Part shown: positions 23,375 to 37,500 of the stretch, in pieces
Numbering within the stretch: position 1 is the stretch's first letter
How the letters are laid out: every line of letters begins with the position of its first letter
Assembly: GCA_965637545.1 (NCBI GenBank)
Contig: OZ281494.1
Location: 9,920,001 to 9,984,000 of the forward strand
Length of the DNA: 64,000 nucleotides
Reading direction: 5' to 3'
DNA from: Phallusia mammillata
Taxonomy: Eukaryota
The notes under the pieces: generated by a model
Database searches by the model: none
What the model saw: the letters and a program-made list of their open reading frames with translations, nothing else
Told to the model about the DNA's origin: nothing
Made by a program: the position numbers and the translations under genes

Positions 23375-25520
23375 CTGTATGGTTTGACTGGCAAAGTAGA
23401 CATGTTATATATCAAGCAACCACATTAATTTTGTTACTTTTAATAATAGTTGTTGCTGAAAGTTGATATAATAGAGAATGCCACATTTGACAGTAAAACA
23501 AGTCCGTAAATTTCTGACGTAACTTTAACAGAAAGACGAAATTATTGCACACAAAATGGAACCATGCCTTCTGTTCAGACGACACAATACCTGACTGCAC
23601 AAAACTCGCTCGCTAACCAACTTTCATTCCACAGGTCTTAACACGGGTTAAACTCAGACTTTTGTCCAACCATAAGTCCCCAGCAAAGTTTACCCAAATC
23701 ACAAATCGATGCAACGGTTTAAAATGTCTGTAACTGCGTAACACTGGAATGTATATTTTTAGTTGACCAACAGCAAACCACAATCAAAGTTCTAACTGTC
23801 TGCTGCAAGCAATTATCCACGATTTCCTCTTACAACGCCCCAATACTACAGCAATTTGTTCAAGTTCTGCTCCTTACTATGAAGGCGGTTTCAAGCAGTA
23901 AAAACCTCATTCTCTTTGAAGCTTGACATTCGTTAAACGCCGAAGGGCATTCGCGCGCTTGAATTAGCGTTTTCTCACATTTTATGTCTTGGTGTCAGCG
24001 GAAAGATATTAAGCACCGTTTACCATATTGTTTGTTGTTTTGTGGTTTATTTTGTGAAGTTGACACCAGATGTATCTGGTGTGTTGTACTATAGTACAAG
24101 ATAACCTTTGGTCTCATTAAAACAATGAATGTGTATCACGTGTGAAAAGGTTGTAGTATACGTCAACCTTGTGTCCTTTTTAAAGTACTGACACTTTTGA
24201 AACAGAGATGTTGAAGGGTAGGTTTTGTATTTGGAATAGCATTGTTTTTGCAATAGCACCGAACACTACGTTGTTGTTGCCTTTAGAACTGACGAACTCT
24301 TGTGATAATAAAAGTAGGGATGCGCGTTGCATTTGCAAAATTGCTTGCTTCTAAAGCTGCCAGGGCTTTAATTTTCATTACTACTGTATTTTCCTAAGAC
24401 ATACAATCTTGAATCAAAATTTATTTGAAACTATGATTATAGTAAGTGCGTCTGCTTCGGTAATTTTATTCCTTACTCTTAAACATCGCAAATTCATTTT
24501 TGGTACTGCGAGTAATGTTGGTTTATTTCGCGAAACGCTAGATTTGGCGCGAACCAAACTGGTCACGTGACACAGGTGACGTAACAACTTGCCAAGTTCA
24601 AAAATTTTGGCGGTGATAAATAAATCTATACAGGCATTTCAACAGAATCAGGTGGACAGTAACGAAAACTAGAAAATGCAATAGTGTGTATTTTGGCTGG
24701 GTTAATAGCCACTGGAAGCAGGATTCAACGTGGGGTGAGGATAGAGCGGGGTTTGACCTAGATTAACCCCCCAAATAGGGGGGTTACCTAATATCAGGGA
24801 ATATATGTGGTTGGTTTGCTCAGTTATACAGTATTCAAAATATGTATTTTTTCGTTGTGAACTAATTGTTTGAAAAAAATACCAAGAAAGAAGCTCTTGG
24901 CCCAAAGTTTGGCTTTCCTAAGATACTTTAAGTTGGACCAAATAACTTGTTAACCCTTTGTCCTAAAGTAGTTGATGTAAAAATATGCGCGGAAGACACA
25001 ACAGTGCAAAAAAGTACGAGGGAAACACTGTGGTGCTTGTGTACAGATGAGGCGCAACAGTGTGGTTTAACAATACACGGAGACATTGCACAAAAATGCG
25101 AAGAAATTTTCACGCAGCGACGCAGACATTAAACAGCAACGTGTCAGTGTTTCGCAATACTTTTTTATCGACTTACTATATACTCGGTACGAATATTATT
25201 TCAGGTAAGTTTCCGAAAATGTCGATCTATAGAAATAATATGTTACAGATTCGGGCGCAAAGTTCAAAAACCGAATAAAATACCCTGAAACGCACACATG
25301 CACGTGGAACTCATGCGACGAGAGTCTAAAAAAGTAAAATAATATAAAAACGCAGCAAAAACATTTCGGCACATTATATCACTACAGTCTGGGAATTTTG
25401 TATTCATTTTTGTCATCTCCTTTATGCTTCTGGAAAGAGTTTCGTAAAACGAAGTCATTTGGCTTTCCAGTTTGGATTTAAACAGAACTTTACACGACAA
25501 TGAGATGTCGTATGTTCATG

Positions 25521-28500
25521 TCAGCAGCTAGAAGAAGTGATTTTCATCGCAACTTCGTTCCCACATCGTCCAACCAACAAACGAACGTAGTCACCAGCCT
25601 GGCGAACTGTTTTGGTTGCTCTGCAAACGAAAAATATTTTTTTCCCGAACGTACAAAATGGCTTTACCAAAGCTACAAAAGCTGCTACTTGTATTTTACC
25701 TAAAGATTTTGATTTATTATTTGATGTCTTGGAAATCTTTTTTATTGTTGCTTTTAGTTTTAGCAGATTTTTAAACAAGAACTGTTTTGTGATTTTTTGA
25801 ATAACAAAAGTTTAGACGTTTTGTTTGGAGTTAATAAATTTAAAATCGAATCGACCGATTATATATCGACCCCGTTTTTCTTTGACCTACTTTTTATTGA
25901 TATTACAGTTATTAAATACCAAATCGAACTATTATAATTCATATGATAATTTTCTAATCGACCAATGGTAACCACTTACTCGTTGTATGACATGTTAAGC
26001 AGACTGACACCGTTAGCGGCGAGAATGCGATCCCCCAGCTGCAAACGTCCCTCCTGGAGCCAACATTTAATTACATCGTGGTGCTTGGTGTGACCATGCT
26101 GTAAGTTAAAAAAATGGTGTTAAGAAAACGCTCAAATACAAGTTGTGCTATCTAATACATATATGAGACAAGAGCACTTTTAAATGCGTGTTGTAAAATG
26201 AAAGACAGACAGTTTCCTAAACATACTATTACAGTTAAGCTATTGCCAGTGCACACTCTTTTGACCTATCAGTCTAATCAGTGTAGCTGGTAACAAGAGA
26301 TAGGCCATATGAGCTAATTTAGCCACCTTATGACACTCCAGAGTCCAGCTTACATAAGCTATTGCTGCCAGGCATAATATCAAGTTTGTAGAGCTCTTCT
26401 GGCAAAGTCCAGTTTATTGGGAGTAACAGGCCGAAAAGCCATACCAGCCATGGGGTATTGCACAGATGAGACCTTATAGGTATAAACAGTGTGCACTGTC
26501 TGTAGCATAATTGTTGTTTTAGTGTTTTTGTCTGTGCGTTAGCGAAAAACTTACAAATGGATCAACAAGCAATGCTTACGTCGTGTACAACGAAAAAATC
26601 TTCCTTTGAAAAGCAACATTTTTTACCGAAATGTTTAAAAATATAATGTGCACTTTTGTTCAATAATTTAGCCATTATTTCCAAACAAGCAGCAGTTAAC
26701 AAACTATTATAGATCGTGCCCCCCTTTAAGTAACCCTAACCCCTTAGGACTTTTTTACATCTTCTTACCTTCGTTCCCGGAGCGTCCGGCACAAGTGAAC
26801 GAACATAGACGCCCGGCGTAACCAATGACGTCACAGATCCATCGACCAATCCGACACCAAGTCCGTTTCTACCTTTTTTAATGTCGACGATGAAAACTTC
26901 CTTTGGCATGCCTTGAGCGCCTCCTTGTGGTTGAGGACTTGTTGGATTTGCTTCTGCTGCCGCTAAAATAAAACATTTAACCATTTTATGTTTATACGGT
27001 TGGAAATAACCACATGGATTTATTGAAAATACCATTAACGTAAAAAAAGATTTGTCAAAATTACAAACGTTAATGCAAAGACGACTGAAAAAGTTTTCAA
27101 ATTAAAATTTTATGCAACAGTTTACTGCTTGAGTTTTCGCAATACCTTCTACTCGGTTTGTCGAAACTTGAGTCGCCAGTGACGTAGTTTCCGAAACCGG
27201 AAGTAGCAAGACCTCGTCACACGCTTTTCCACGCTCCTCGTCTTCTATCTTCGATTTGGAATCGAGTAACTCATTGATAGCTTCAGAAGGACTCACACGA
27301 CCAATGAGGTCACTCGCCTTGCGGTGCCTGCTCCTATGCTGTCTGATGACGTAACCCTCGGGCTCTGACGATGATGACGAACAAGATGATGACGAAACAA
27401 TTCGACCTTGTCCACCAACAGACGCTGTTTCTCCGAGATGATGAGTTGACTTGGAACGCACTGAGGATGACGTGTCGCTACTGACGTTGGTTGTGACGTC
27501 ACGTTTTGTGTCTTTGACGTCACGACTAGGGCTCGCGGTTTCTTGCGGAATCTCGCGACCGTCGGGCTGCTCGCGCACGCCCACTTGTGTTGAATCTATT
27601 CGGTTTCGTGCCGGGGATGAGAGGGAGTTTCCCGCTACTGCAACTCGCCTTTGCAGGGATTCGAACCACGGATCAGTGGGAAGTTGCTGAAAGTCGATTC
27701 GCGTCCCAGTTACAGGTAGCATGAGAGGCGGATGCTGATCATAGCTTTCCATCACTAAATCTAACAAAATGTTTAAATGATTAAAATCTGTGGTTTTAAA
27801 CTTGTCTCAATTTTATTGATCATTTGTCATGTGAAACGGGTTTTGTGTTACCCTTACGAACAATTTTGTGCTTTTGAAAACATTATCTAGCATTCTATCA
27901 AGGTAACAGAGCACATTGATAAACAAACATCTTATCATGGTCCCAGTTAAAATAGTGTTTAACTGCAACCGATTATCCAAACACCTAAAATCAGGACAAC
28001 AAAGATAAATGCACCAGTATACTTAGTTGAAAAAGATCCAAACGACAGTTTCAATAATGGATTAAAACCATCAACAACAAGGCTTAAACTGACGATCACT
28101 GTTTGCTTTTTCATACTACAACACAGTAAAACCCATATATGATGGTTTCGTCTATTGGTTTTACTGTTTTTTAGTTATTGGGAGACGACTGCTTTTGGGT
28201 CAGGGCAGTTTTCTACTTACTTGTGTCTAAAGAAGCTTCTGGTTCGTGTTGGAAGGGACTCCATGCTTGTGGCTTAACGTGGTTGTTGGGTAACTGATAG
28301 CCGCTGAGGACATGGTGAAGTTGTGCAGGCTCAAGAGATGGATAGGTTTGCCTAAAATGTGTCCACGAACCCTACATGTATAATAATGTTTTTACACTTT
28401 AAATATTGCAGTGTTGTATGAAGAATCGTAAAAACATTAAAATAATAAAAGGTGCTGGAAATAGTTTTGAATATATATATATATGTGTGCAGGTTTTTTT

Positions 28501-31500
28501 TAAGGTTTGGTTTGGGTGACCGCTAAGTAGTTTTAAGAGACCGCAAGTGTTTCATTTAAATACCAAAAATAGCCATATTTGCTTAAACGAATTATTTATT
28601 AGGCTACTGGCAAATTTTGGGAAACCGCTGGAGAAATTTTAAAACACCTTAAAAAAACACTGTATATGTGTGTTGCATATGCTTCAATAAGGGACAAAGC
28701 ATTTAAAAATCCTCTACAACACACTTCAAAGTGCGGAAAAAACATAAAATATGTGGGGTAATATAGCATTTCACAATGTTACTAAATATCACTCATACAT
28801 GGACATGGCATTTTGTAAAAGAACATAAATGCTGTTTCAATTTTTGAAATTGAAAATGTATAGCACGATAGTAGACGATCAGGCCAATAAACAATTCCCT
28901 ACCTTGGTTATTTGCGTCCTGGGCGTTGCAAGCAGATTAACCAGTGCTGAAACTTTCTCCAGGAAGGTAGTGCACTGATCAGGATATCCGGCGTCACACG
29001 CCCAACTCTCAACTTGCTCCAGGTTGCCACGAATCCGTGCTCCCATATCCCACTTGTAATATCTCTCATTGGCTTCTGTAAAACAAATTTACTTGCTGTT
29101 ATCAATAAAACATTATGCAAAAGAAGGTTATACCCGGGTTGAATGGCTAAACTAGCAAATACGGTCTATATCCTGACTGATGAAACCTTATGGGTCACAA
29201 CAATGTGCACTGCCTGCAGACTGTAGGTAATACCCGTTTCGACCGTGTCAAACTCAATTTGAAAAAGGTTAATAAAGTACACCGTCTAACATTTCATGCG
29301 AGTCTATCGTGTTTACGGAGGTAGACTAAAAACGAACGGTGTTAATGCAAGGAGCGAAACTTTGTGTCAAACAGCTAGCATAACTGTTTCATCAACTCTA
29401 GCAATTGTAACCGAGCTTAAGGCAGTCAAACTTGACCGACCCTATAATAAAAGCATCAATAACCCTCTATTTTGAGACATTTTGATTGAAAACTCTTTTC
29501 CAAAATCGTGAAACCCAATATTTTCACTAAAAACGTGAAAAACTAAGAGCCGCTTACCGTCCTCCATTAATGTGTTGAAGAGTGAAACGTTGGTGAAGAA
29601 GAAAAGGTAGGCGAAGAGTTGATCCGAAATTTGCTGGTTCACGTCATACACTTCCACCATTTCTCGCGCGCTCTCGTACACGCCAGTCACGTGATCAACG
29701 AGTACTCCGTCCGTGACGTCAGAGAAGGGGTTGCAGTCGAGAACGGCAGGGAGGTAGCTGTATAGGGTCTGTGTCAAAAATGAAAAAATGTAATTTACCT
29801 TTAAAAAAGATCGAAAACTTTGATAAGGCAAAAGCCATCCACAGTTTTTAGACTTATCAAAGCTTTCAGTCCGTTAGTATACGTGACTTTTGTCTCCATT
29901 CCTTATACTGAGTCTCTAGTGACTCGTGATTATATAAATGCTACTCACAGTTTATTACCTGTGAAATTGAACACTTTTGGGTACGGGACACATGATTAGA
30001 TTTTAGTTATATATCAAGTCTGTAGGATTTTTGTGTTTTTATGTTAATTACCTTTGTTAGGTAGTAGACTAATTGTTGGAAGGCGTACATCACAACTTCC
30101 TCAAGCAAAGCCAGAATTTCTTCGTTTACTTCAAACTCCTCAATTTCGTCAAGCACAGCGGGATCGACAACTCCTCTGCGAAAAAATGTGTATCTGATGT
30201 GACCCCTCATATTACTGATGATGACATGAGTATTTGCCGAAAGGTTTGAATAAAAAAGCATGTCGCTTTTTAAATCTAGTTGGGCCGTTTTCAACGTCAT
30301 TAAACTTATGAACAGATCCGTGTATATTTCCAAAAAAGTAAACACCTAATTAAAAAAAAAGATTATATAGGGCAGTAGTAAAATTTAAAACGTCATGTTT
30401 TCTTAAAATATGGTACATTTACAGGCAAAGACGAATGGACAACCAGACTTGCACCTGGCATATTATGTAATTTAAGACTATAAAATGTTAATTGCAAAGT
30501 ATTCGTGTTACCTCGATCTTTCTTCGCTGACTCTCTCATGCAGCTTAGGAATGAGATTCTTCTGTAAGAACTCGAATATTTCAAGGGAGTTTGACATCCA
30601 GTAAACCACAGGACGAAGAGAAGGAAGTAGGAGGTTGATGTTGTTACCAAGATCAGGCCTAAATAAAATGGATGACATTACGTAAAGATCGTACTAGTTA
30701 CTAGGCAACAATGCATATGTGAAGCCAAATAAATTTAATGAATATTTTTTTACACTTACGATTGAATCTCTTGAACTGAAACATTCCGAGTCGAGTTCTG
30801 AAATAAATAAAATAAATATTCTAGTTATATTTTTAATGTAACACTGAACTTAAACTATTAGATATAATTTTATGTACCAACGTTTTGCAAAAAATAGGAG
30901 AAAGAAAAATACACGCCAGATCAGCTAGCTTCACATTTTACGTAATGTTACTTAATTTTTAAACATAATCTTATCAGTGAATTGGAAAAACCACCGACTT
31001 ATTGCTAAACTCGAATTTGTCGAAGCTCAAGAGTGTTTAGTGTACCATGTGTGTTTAGTGTTTTGCCATGCAAATTTGAGACAGAAAACAAATGCCAGAT
31101 CAACATTTCACACAACGTTACTTAATTTTTTACTCATAATCATTGAAGTTTTATTCTTACCAACACTAGTGTTTGCAGGTTACTTGCAATCTTTAGCAGC
31201 AAATCGTTTCTGTTCTCCAGCCGGAAATTTAAACACGAATGAAAAATGCACTGACACAAGAGGGCAGCAGGTGCGAAGGGATATTCCACACTCTGATCGT
31301 CCACGTCTTTCAGCGAATCAAATATCACTCGCAGCACCTGGTCCTCACACTCGAGGGCGTAAGTGAGCTCGGTGGGCATGATTGGTTTTGATTTCGATGG
31401 CGATTTTTGAGTTTTCGCCGGAGTAATTTGACTTTTACGCGTTGGTGTTTTTTCGGGAGTCGCAGGGATGGATTTGCTGAGTTCGCTAAATGAGAATTTG

Positions 31501-34500
31501 TTGCTCAAGTTCACGTTCGACGACGGGTCTTTGAACATGAACATGGAATGTTTGCCTATTGTTATCAAGTCGCCGTGCTGAAGAGAGTACTCTGACATCA
31601 CACGGAATCCGTTGGCCGTGACCTCAGCTTTGGCGTGAAGGGGAATCACCGTGACGTGCCAGCGTCTGTCCGTCGCGTCATCGGCATCGCTGAAAAGAAT
31701 TTCGAGTCGCCGTTTCATGACGCAATGATGCGGAAGCACGTCACGCGCATTGAGCCTGAAGTCGGACGCCTTACTTCCGATCAGCGTTTCCGGTTGCTTT
31801 AAATAGTGAACTAGACTTTCCTCTTTTCCTCGTTTCCCTACGTCGCCCTGCAGGGTAATTAAGCACGGAACTGGTGGCGCTTTTTCGACGGAATTCGGCG
31901 ACGCTGATTGGCTGCTTGTGCTCGTTCGGACGTCACTCTCTACGTCAGAGGCAGTTTTTTCCGGACTGCTTGGTGGGGTCGCGACCGGCGGTTCAACAGC
32001 TGCGTTGGAAGGTTCGGAAGGTGGTGTGGGCTCCACAGGTGTCTTTATATAAGTATTGGTCTGTTCCCCTGAAGGCGAAAACACGGGATTTTCTCCATTC
32101 TCTTCCGTGTCTGACTCCTCGCTGTCTGTTTGCGGCTGGTCGGGGACCGGAACACCCATGTGGGTTCTACGTATAAAAAAGTTTAATTTAATTTATTTGC
32201 ACTAAATCAACAAAAGCAAGGGAATGTGATCATAAACATTATGCATGTGGAGCTCGAAATACCTTGCGGTCATTGTGTCAGCAACCCCAAAAAGCACAAT
32301 GTTGTTGCTTTTGCTAAAGTAGAGTCGTATGACGTAAAGACCTTACAAAGTTAAGGCCGACAAGAGGCAACAACATCTGCGCAACGTTTCGTGCACGATA
32401 AGCCTAAATAAGCCAAAAAGTGGTCAAGAAACCGTCATTTTTGCCTGTTGGTGGACCAATTTATTTGAACTTTAGTAACTTGAGTAATCTCAGTAAATGC
32501 ATTATTACCTTGACTTCTGCAATATTAGACGCCTTGCTTGATTGTTGATATCCCGAGTTGCGTGATCCTTCTCTACTTTTTTGAAAACCTAGAAAAGAAA
32601 TTTTGGGTTTAACAGCAGTCAAATAAAGTGATCGGTAACCCAAAATACTTGCCCAACTACCCTCTGGAAGTAGTAAATACTGTAATACGGAAGTTTTAAC
32701 TCAAATATGGAGGGCAAACTTTACTTGACGCATTTTTCACTCGTTCAATATTTTTTTACTTCAAAGAGCTCTGTCAAGCTGATGCATAACACATCATAAA
32801 GGCTGGCGCAGTTAGACAGAGTGGAAACCGTTACCTTTGATCTTCGCCTGATCTCGAATCTTCTGCTGTGACCATCCAAAGGCTTCCAGTAAGATTGAAG
32901 AAGTAGTGGTTTATCGTTGTCGCTTAGAGGACGGACTAAATCTTCCTGGAAGTTGGCTCCCGCTCCTCCAAGGGATGAAGAATCAAGGGACATGCTCCCT
33001 ACAACGAGAATCGAACGTAAATGAAATGAAAACTTCTGCACTTATTTCAACCAAACACAATGAAAAGGAAAAGCTTAGTTTCACTGAAATAAGCTAATGC
33101 TGCCAGGCATAAAGTATAATCAAGTATTGCTCATCCAGCAGTTTTATTGTATGTAAACAATCGACGTTTCGACGTCCGTTACAAGACGTCATCAGGATAA
33201 TGACTTAGTTTCACTGGTCCATTATTTAACCGAATTATTTAAATTATTATTACAATGGGTTACATAATCATATAATGACAACACTATATTCCGAATATTT
33301 ACGCAAACGTCTTTGAATAAACACATTTCTGTTTTGCATTTGTTTTGCATAGCACTTCACAAACTTCATATCCAGCAATTCTTACTTGACGTTTTCTTTG
33401 TCTTTCCGGGTTTTACATTCAATGCTTCTTTCGCTTGGGGTTCTTCCTCTTGTACTCTTCCCACAACTTCGCATAACACAAAGTCCTTGGCCTGCTGACG
33501 AGGGATGCCGTATCGCTGCAAGGCCATCTTTACCAGTTCCTGCGCGTTCGACTGTCGTGTGGCCATCACACTTTTGTAGTTGGCACCAGGGCTTACAGCA
33601 TCGCCAAATATCTTTAAAATACCCGGTAGATTTACATCTGAAGACAGCTCAGCGCTTTTCGTGGGAGAGGTTGACTCTTCAGACTCAGAAGCAGCCCCTT
33701 GGTCGCCCCGTTCGCGGGAAGCAGAACGTGCACGGCTTTTTCGAAGGCTGAAAAACAGTCGTCGGGCTGATGCGGATCTTGGTTCTCGGCGGTTAGCAAT
33801 TGTAGCGTTCTTCTGCTTCTGCTTGACACTCCGCATGCGACCCGTTCTTGTATGCGAGTCGCTTTTATCGTGCTTTATAGGAAGGGTTGAGTACTTGATT
33901 TCGGTCTGAGAACGCCGAAGTGAGGATGTCTTGCGTTCTGGCCGATGGGTTGGAGTCTTTGAAGCCCCATTGGGCACCTTTTGGTTAGGATTTTGGGCAA
34001 CTTCACCATTTCCTAAAATGGATAAGCAAGTATTACGAACTCTTGACACAAACTTTAAACATGTTTTTTCACACAAACTGAATTTAAAGTCACAGTTCAT
34101 GTTTAAAATCGTACAGCAATTACGTTATTTTGGCACCCTTTTTTAAAATAAGTAATCGTTTTACAAAATGACTGATGGTATATACATGGCTGCCTTGTAT
34201 GAAATAGCAAGGTCTCTTGACATAACTTGACGTACCAAATTTTGCCATTGCAGCAACAAGCGGCGACGCAGTTTTTCGTCTTGTATCAGTTGCCGATCGT
34301 CTGATGCTTCCACTACTGCTACCGCTTAAACTTGTCCTACGACGCGGTGTGCTGGGTGATGACGCCATGGAACTCTTGTCGTCATCAGTGTTGTCCGGGT
34401 TGAGGTTAAATCTTCAGGTTAGGGATAATATTATTAAACAAATGTAAAGAGGAACATATATGCAAATAATATTATTTTTATTGATAGTATAGATATTCAT

Positions 34501-37500
34501 GCCGTTAATGTATGTTAACGACATAGCAGCGCAAGAAGTTCAGAGTCACCATCATGATGCAACTGCAGTTGCTTAATTTGCCATGTTTTGCGTTTGTTGG
34601 ACTGTCCAAGATAACACAGTAACACAACTAAATACTGTAGGGTTGTGATCACATTTAAACGCCCTTTTAAACAAAAAGTAAAAAAACACACTTTTTTTCT
34701 AAATCCCGACAAAGAACTTAGCTTTATCTATAAATTGAGTCTTTGGAGAAAGATTTTGTGTACAAAGCATTGTGGTGAAATCATTGTGCAAGTTTAGACA
34801 ACTTCGTATTTTCGTCGGATGTGGCACAATATGCACTTTAAAGGTTGAATCACATGGGTTGAAATTGTTTACGGAAGTCTTACCGACACTTTTTGATCGA
34901 CTAAAATCTTCAGTCCATTTACGGAAAATTGTGCAAACGCTAATACGGAAATCTAAGCATCCGCACAAACTAAAACATCATATTTTAACTGTGACATCTG
35001 TATCTGGATGCTGTCCACATACAATTTTTCACTGCTTGACTCATTAAAACACTATTTATGTCGTAATCATTAAATGTCGGCCAGCCCCCTAGCTCACGTC
35101 TTGAAATGCCAAAAGCGCCTCGAACAATTTTGCGGAAACTGCTCATTAGCCTATACTGGAACTAAAAGTTTATCGTGGAAAAATTATCCACTCTGATTTG
35201 CTGTTTATACTCAGTGATCTTATAACCCTGATCGTAATAACACATACAGAAAACATAATGTTTTGATAACTAATCATGATACACATTTCTTTAAAACACC
35301 TTTGATACGTATATTTCCAGGCCAAGTAATATCAAGTAATACTTTACACCCGTTTGGTAGTGAAATAACCGACTTTTTTGCTGAATGAATCGCCAGCTAG
35401 CCAGAGAAGCTTAAACATTGCCAGTTTATACAAGAACCATCAGGTGTCCAATTGCGCTTTTTGAAAAATTAACTATGTCAACTGCAAAAATGTACACAGT
35501 TTCGGCCAATAAGCTATCATTAGTGCAGCTGGTCATAAAACATTGACCTAATACTCTAGCAGACAGGCTACGGTACTTTAGTTTATAAACTGAACACACT
35601 GGGCATATTTCGCAGTGTTACTGGATTTAAAATATATTTCCTTACTTTTCAATCAATCGCCGTCTCTGTTCCGGTGAAAAGCCTTCGTGTCCTAAAATCC
35701 TTAGGAGCTCAGCGTTCCGATCTGCCCCAGCCACGAGGTGAAAGGTCAAAGGTGACTTGGAATTAACGGCCAACTCCAATGGACGATCGTCCGGGTCAAG
35801 AAGAATTTCGTCTAGGAACAAACGAATTTGTTATTCCCATTCAACAAAGTCTTCTAAACTCTTCCTTAACATTCACATTCAGAGACTTCGAAGCTCATAA
35901 CAGATGCCCAGCACATATGTTAAGTTACAGCTACATTTCCCGGAACCCGATTTTAGGTTTTGAATTGATAAGACCATGTCTTTTGTACTAAACTTGGACA
36001 AAAAGCAAAAACTTTGACACGTTCCATACATTATCATAACACGTTAAATCAATTTAGCTTTAATTTAATTAACTCGTTCCTAAACTAAATCGAAACCCTA
36101 GAAGCGTATTACGACCTTAGCATAAAACACACCTAACAGACAATACCTCGTATATATATACTAAATACAAATACTGTCACATAACTGCCAGATTTGGACA
36201 CAATCTCACAGTATCAGATTATGTTTTCAACCATGTTTCGGTACTATTAGCCGTACAGTCGTGCTAATCCACAACTTACTAGCAACACAATTGGTCTTAT
36301 GAGAGAAATCATGCAGACATATTTAATACGAAGCAAATGGGACGTGACGAGCGACAATTAATTCGTTGGGCTGACTATTTATAGCGGGTTCGGGCTTGTT
36401 GGGGCAAGCGCTAGGCAATCGTTAACACCTGCTGAGCCCGTTCAATAGATTTTCTCCTATTTATCAACTTTGAAAGCTAGCCAACGCTTCTTGGATTCTT
36501 ACGTGATAAATGTGGAAATGGTAAACGGGCGGTAAATTTTATTAACGTTCGACATCAAAAATACTACAAAGGGTAAAAAACTGTAAACACACTAAAACCT
36601 TGAAAAAAATCGATTGATATGCAACATGTTTTAACAGATGAGCGAAAATAATATAGAACAGAGTGTAACAGACCACCGATTCTTTGAAAAAGGTCAGTTG
36701 ATCAAAATCAAATGCTAATGCCGAATTTAAACGAACAAAATGCTATCACTAAATGGCAAGGCCAGTTTAAATGTCTTATTCGTGGTAATAGCCGCCGATT
36801 TACGCCAAGAAAAGTTTTTTTCCACAAACATATGATAGTATAACCGAGCTTGAACTACAGTAAACCTCGGTTAATCCGAAACCGTTTGGACCAAAAATTT
36901 GTCCGGATTAGGCGAGGAACCGGATTAAAAGATGCCGATTAGTTCAAGTCCTACCACATTACAAATCATTTGTATCTCGAGTTTTGTCTGATTTGGCGAA
37001 GGTCCAGATTACCCGAATCCGATCTAACTGTGGTTTACTATACTACACGATTAGTGATGCTAAACTCTTCAAAAAAATGTACTGAAAAACAAATGCCCTA
37101 TTCATACCACAAAACAGCAATTTAAATCCCTAATTTTGACCAACTGCTCAGTTCAATTTCCAACCTAAAATTCTCAATAGACTTTTCGCAAACGTAAAAA
37201 CATTAAACTATTCCGCAATGATAAAAAACAAAAAATATGCTATCACATACCTTTTGGTAGCATTAGTTCCTTCGCTGACTGCGCTATACAACTAAACTGG
37301 GCTCGACTGGACTGGAATTCGTGCTGGCCGGATGAGGTCTGAACTTAATTACAGGGGCGTCAGATCCGACGGTAACTTCCAGCGATTGCCGTGAAAAACT
37401 GACAATTACGCTGGCTCTAAACTATCCGAAACACTTGACTGTTGCAACGTAATAGAATGGATTACACCTAAATTTCCAAGTAAAATTGGAGCTATAGGCC

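Noticed and set aside
24764-24786. GC-rich hairpin TAACCCCCC-AAATA-GGGGGGTTA as a Helitron 3' end
   Set aside because: No CTRR terminus at the expected spacing and no 5' TC end identified.
34412-34428. Intron 3' end ATCCCTAACCTGAAG resembling a U12 branch point
   Set aside because: The matching donor (35645) is GTAAGG, a U2-type site, not GTATCCTT.
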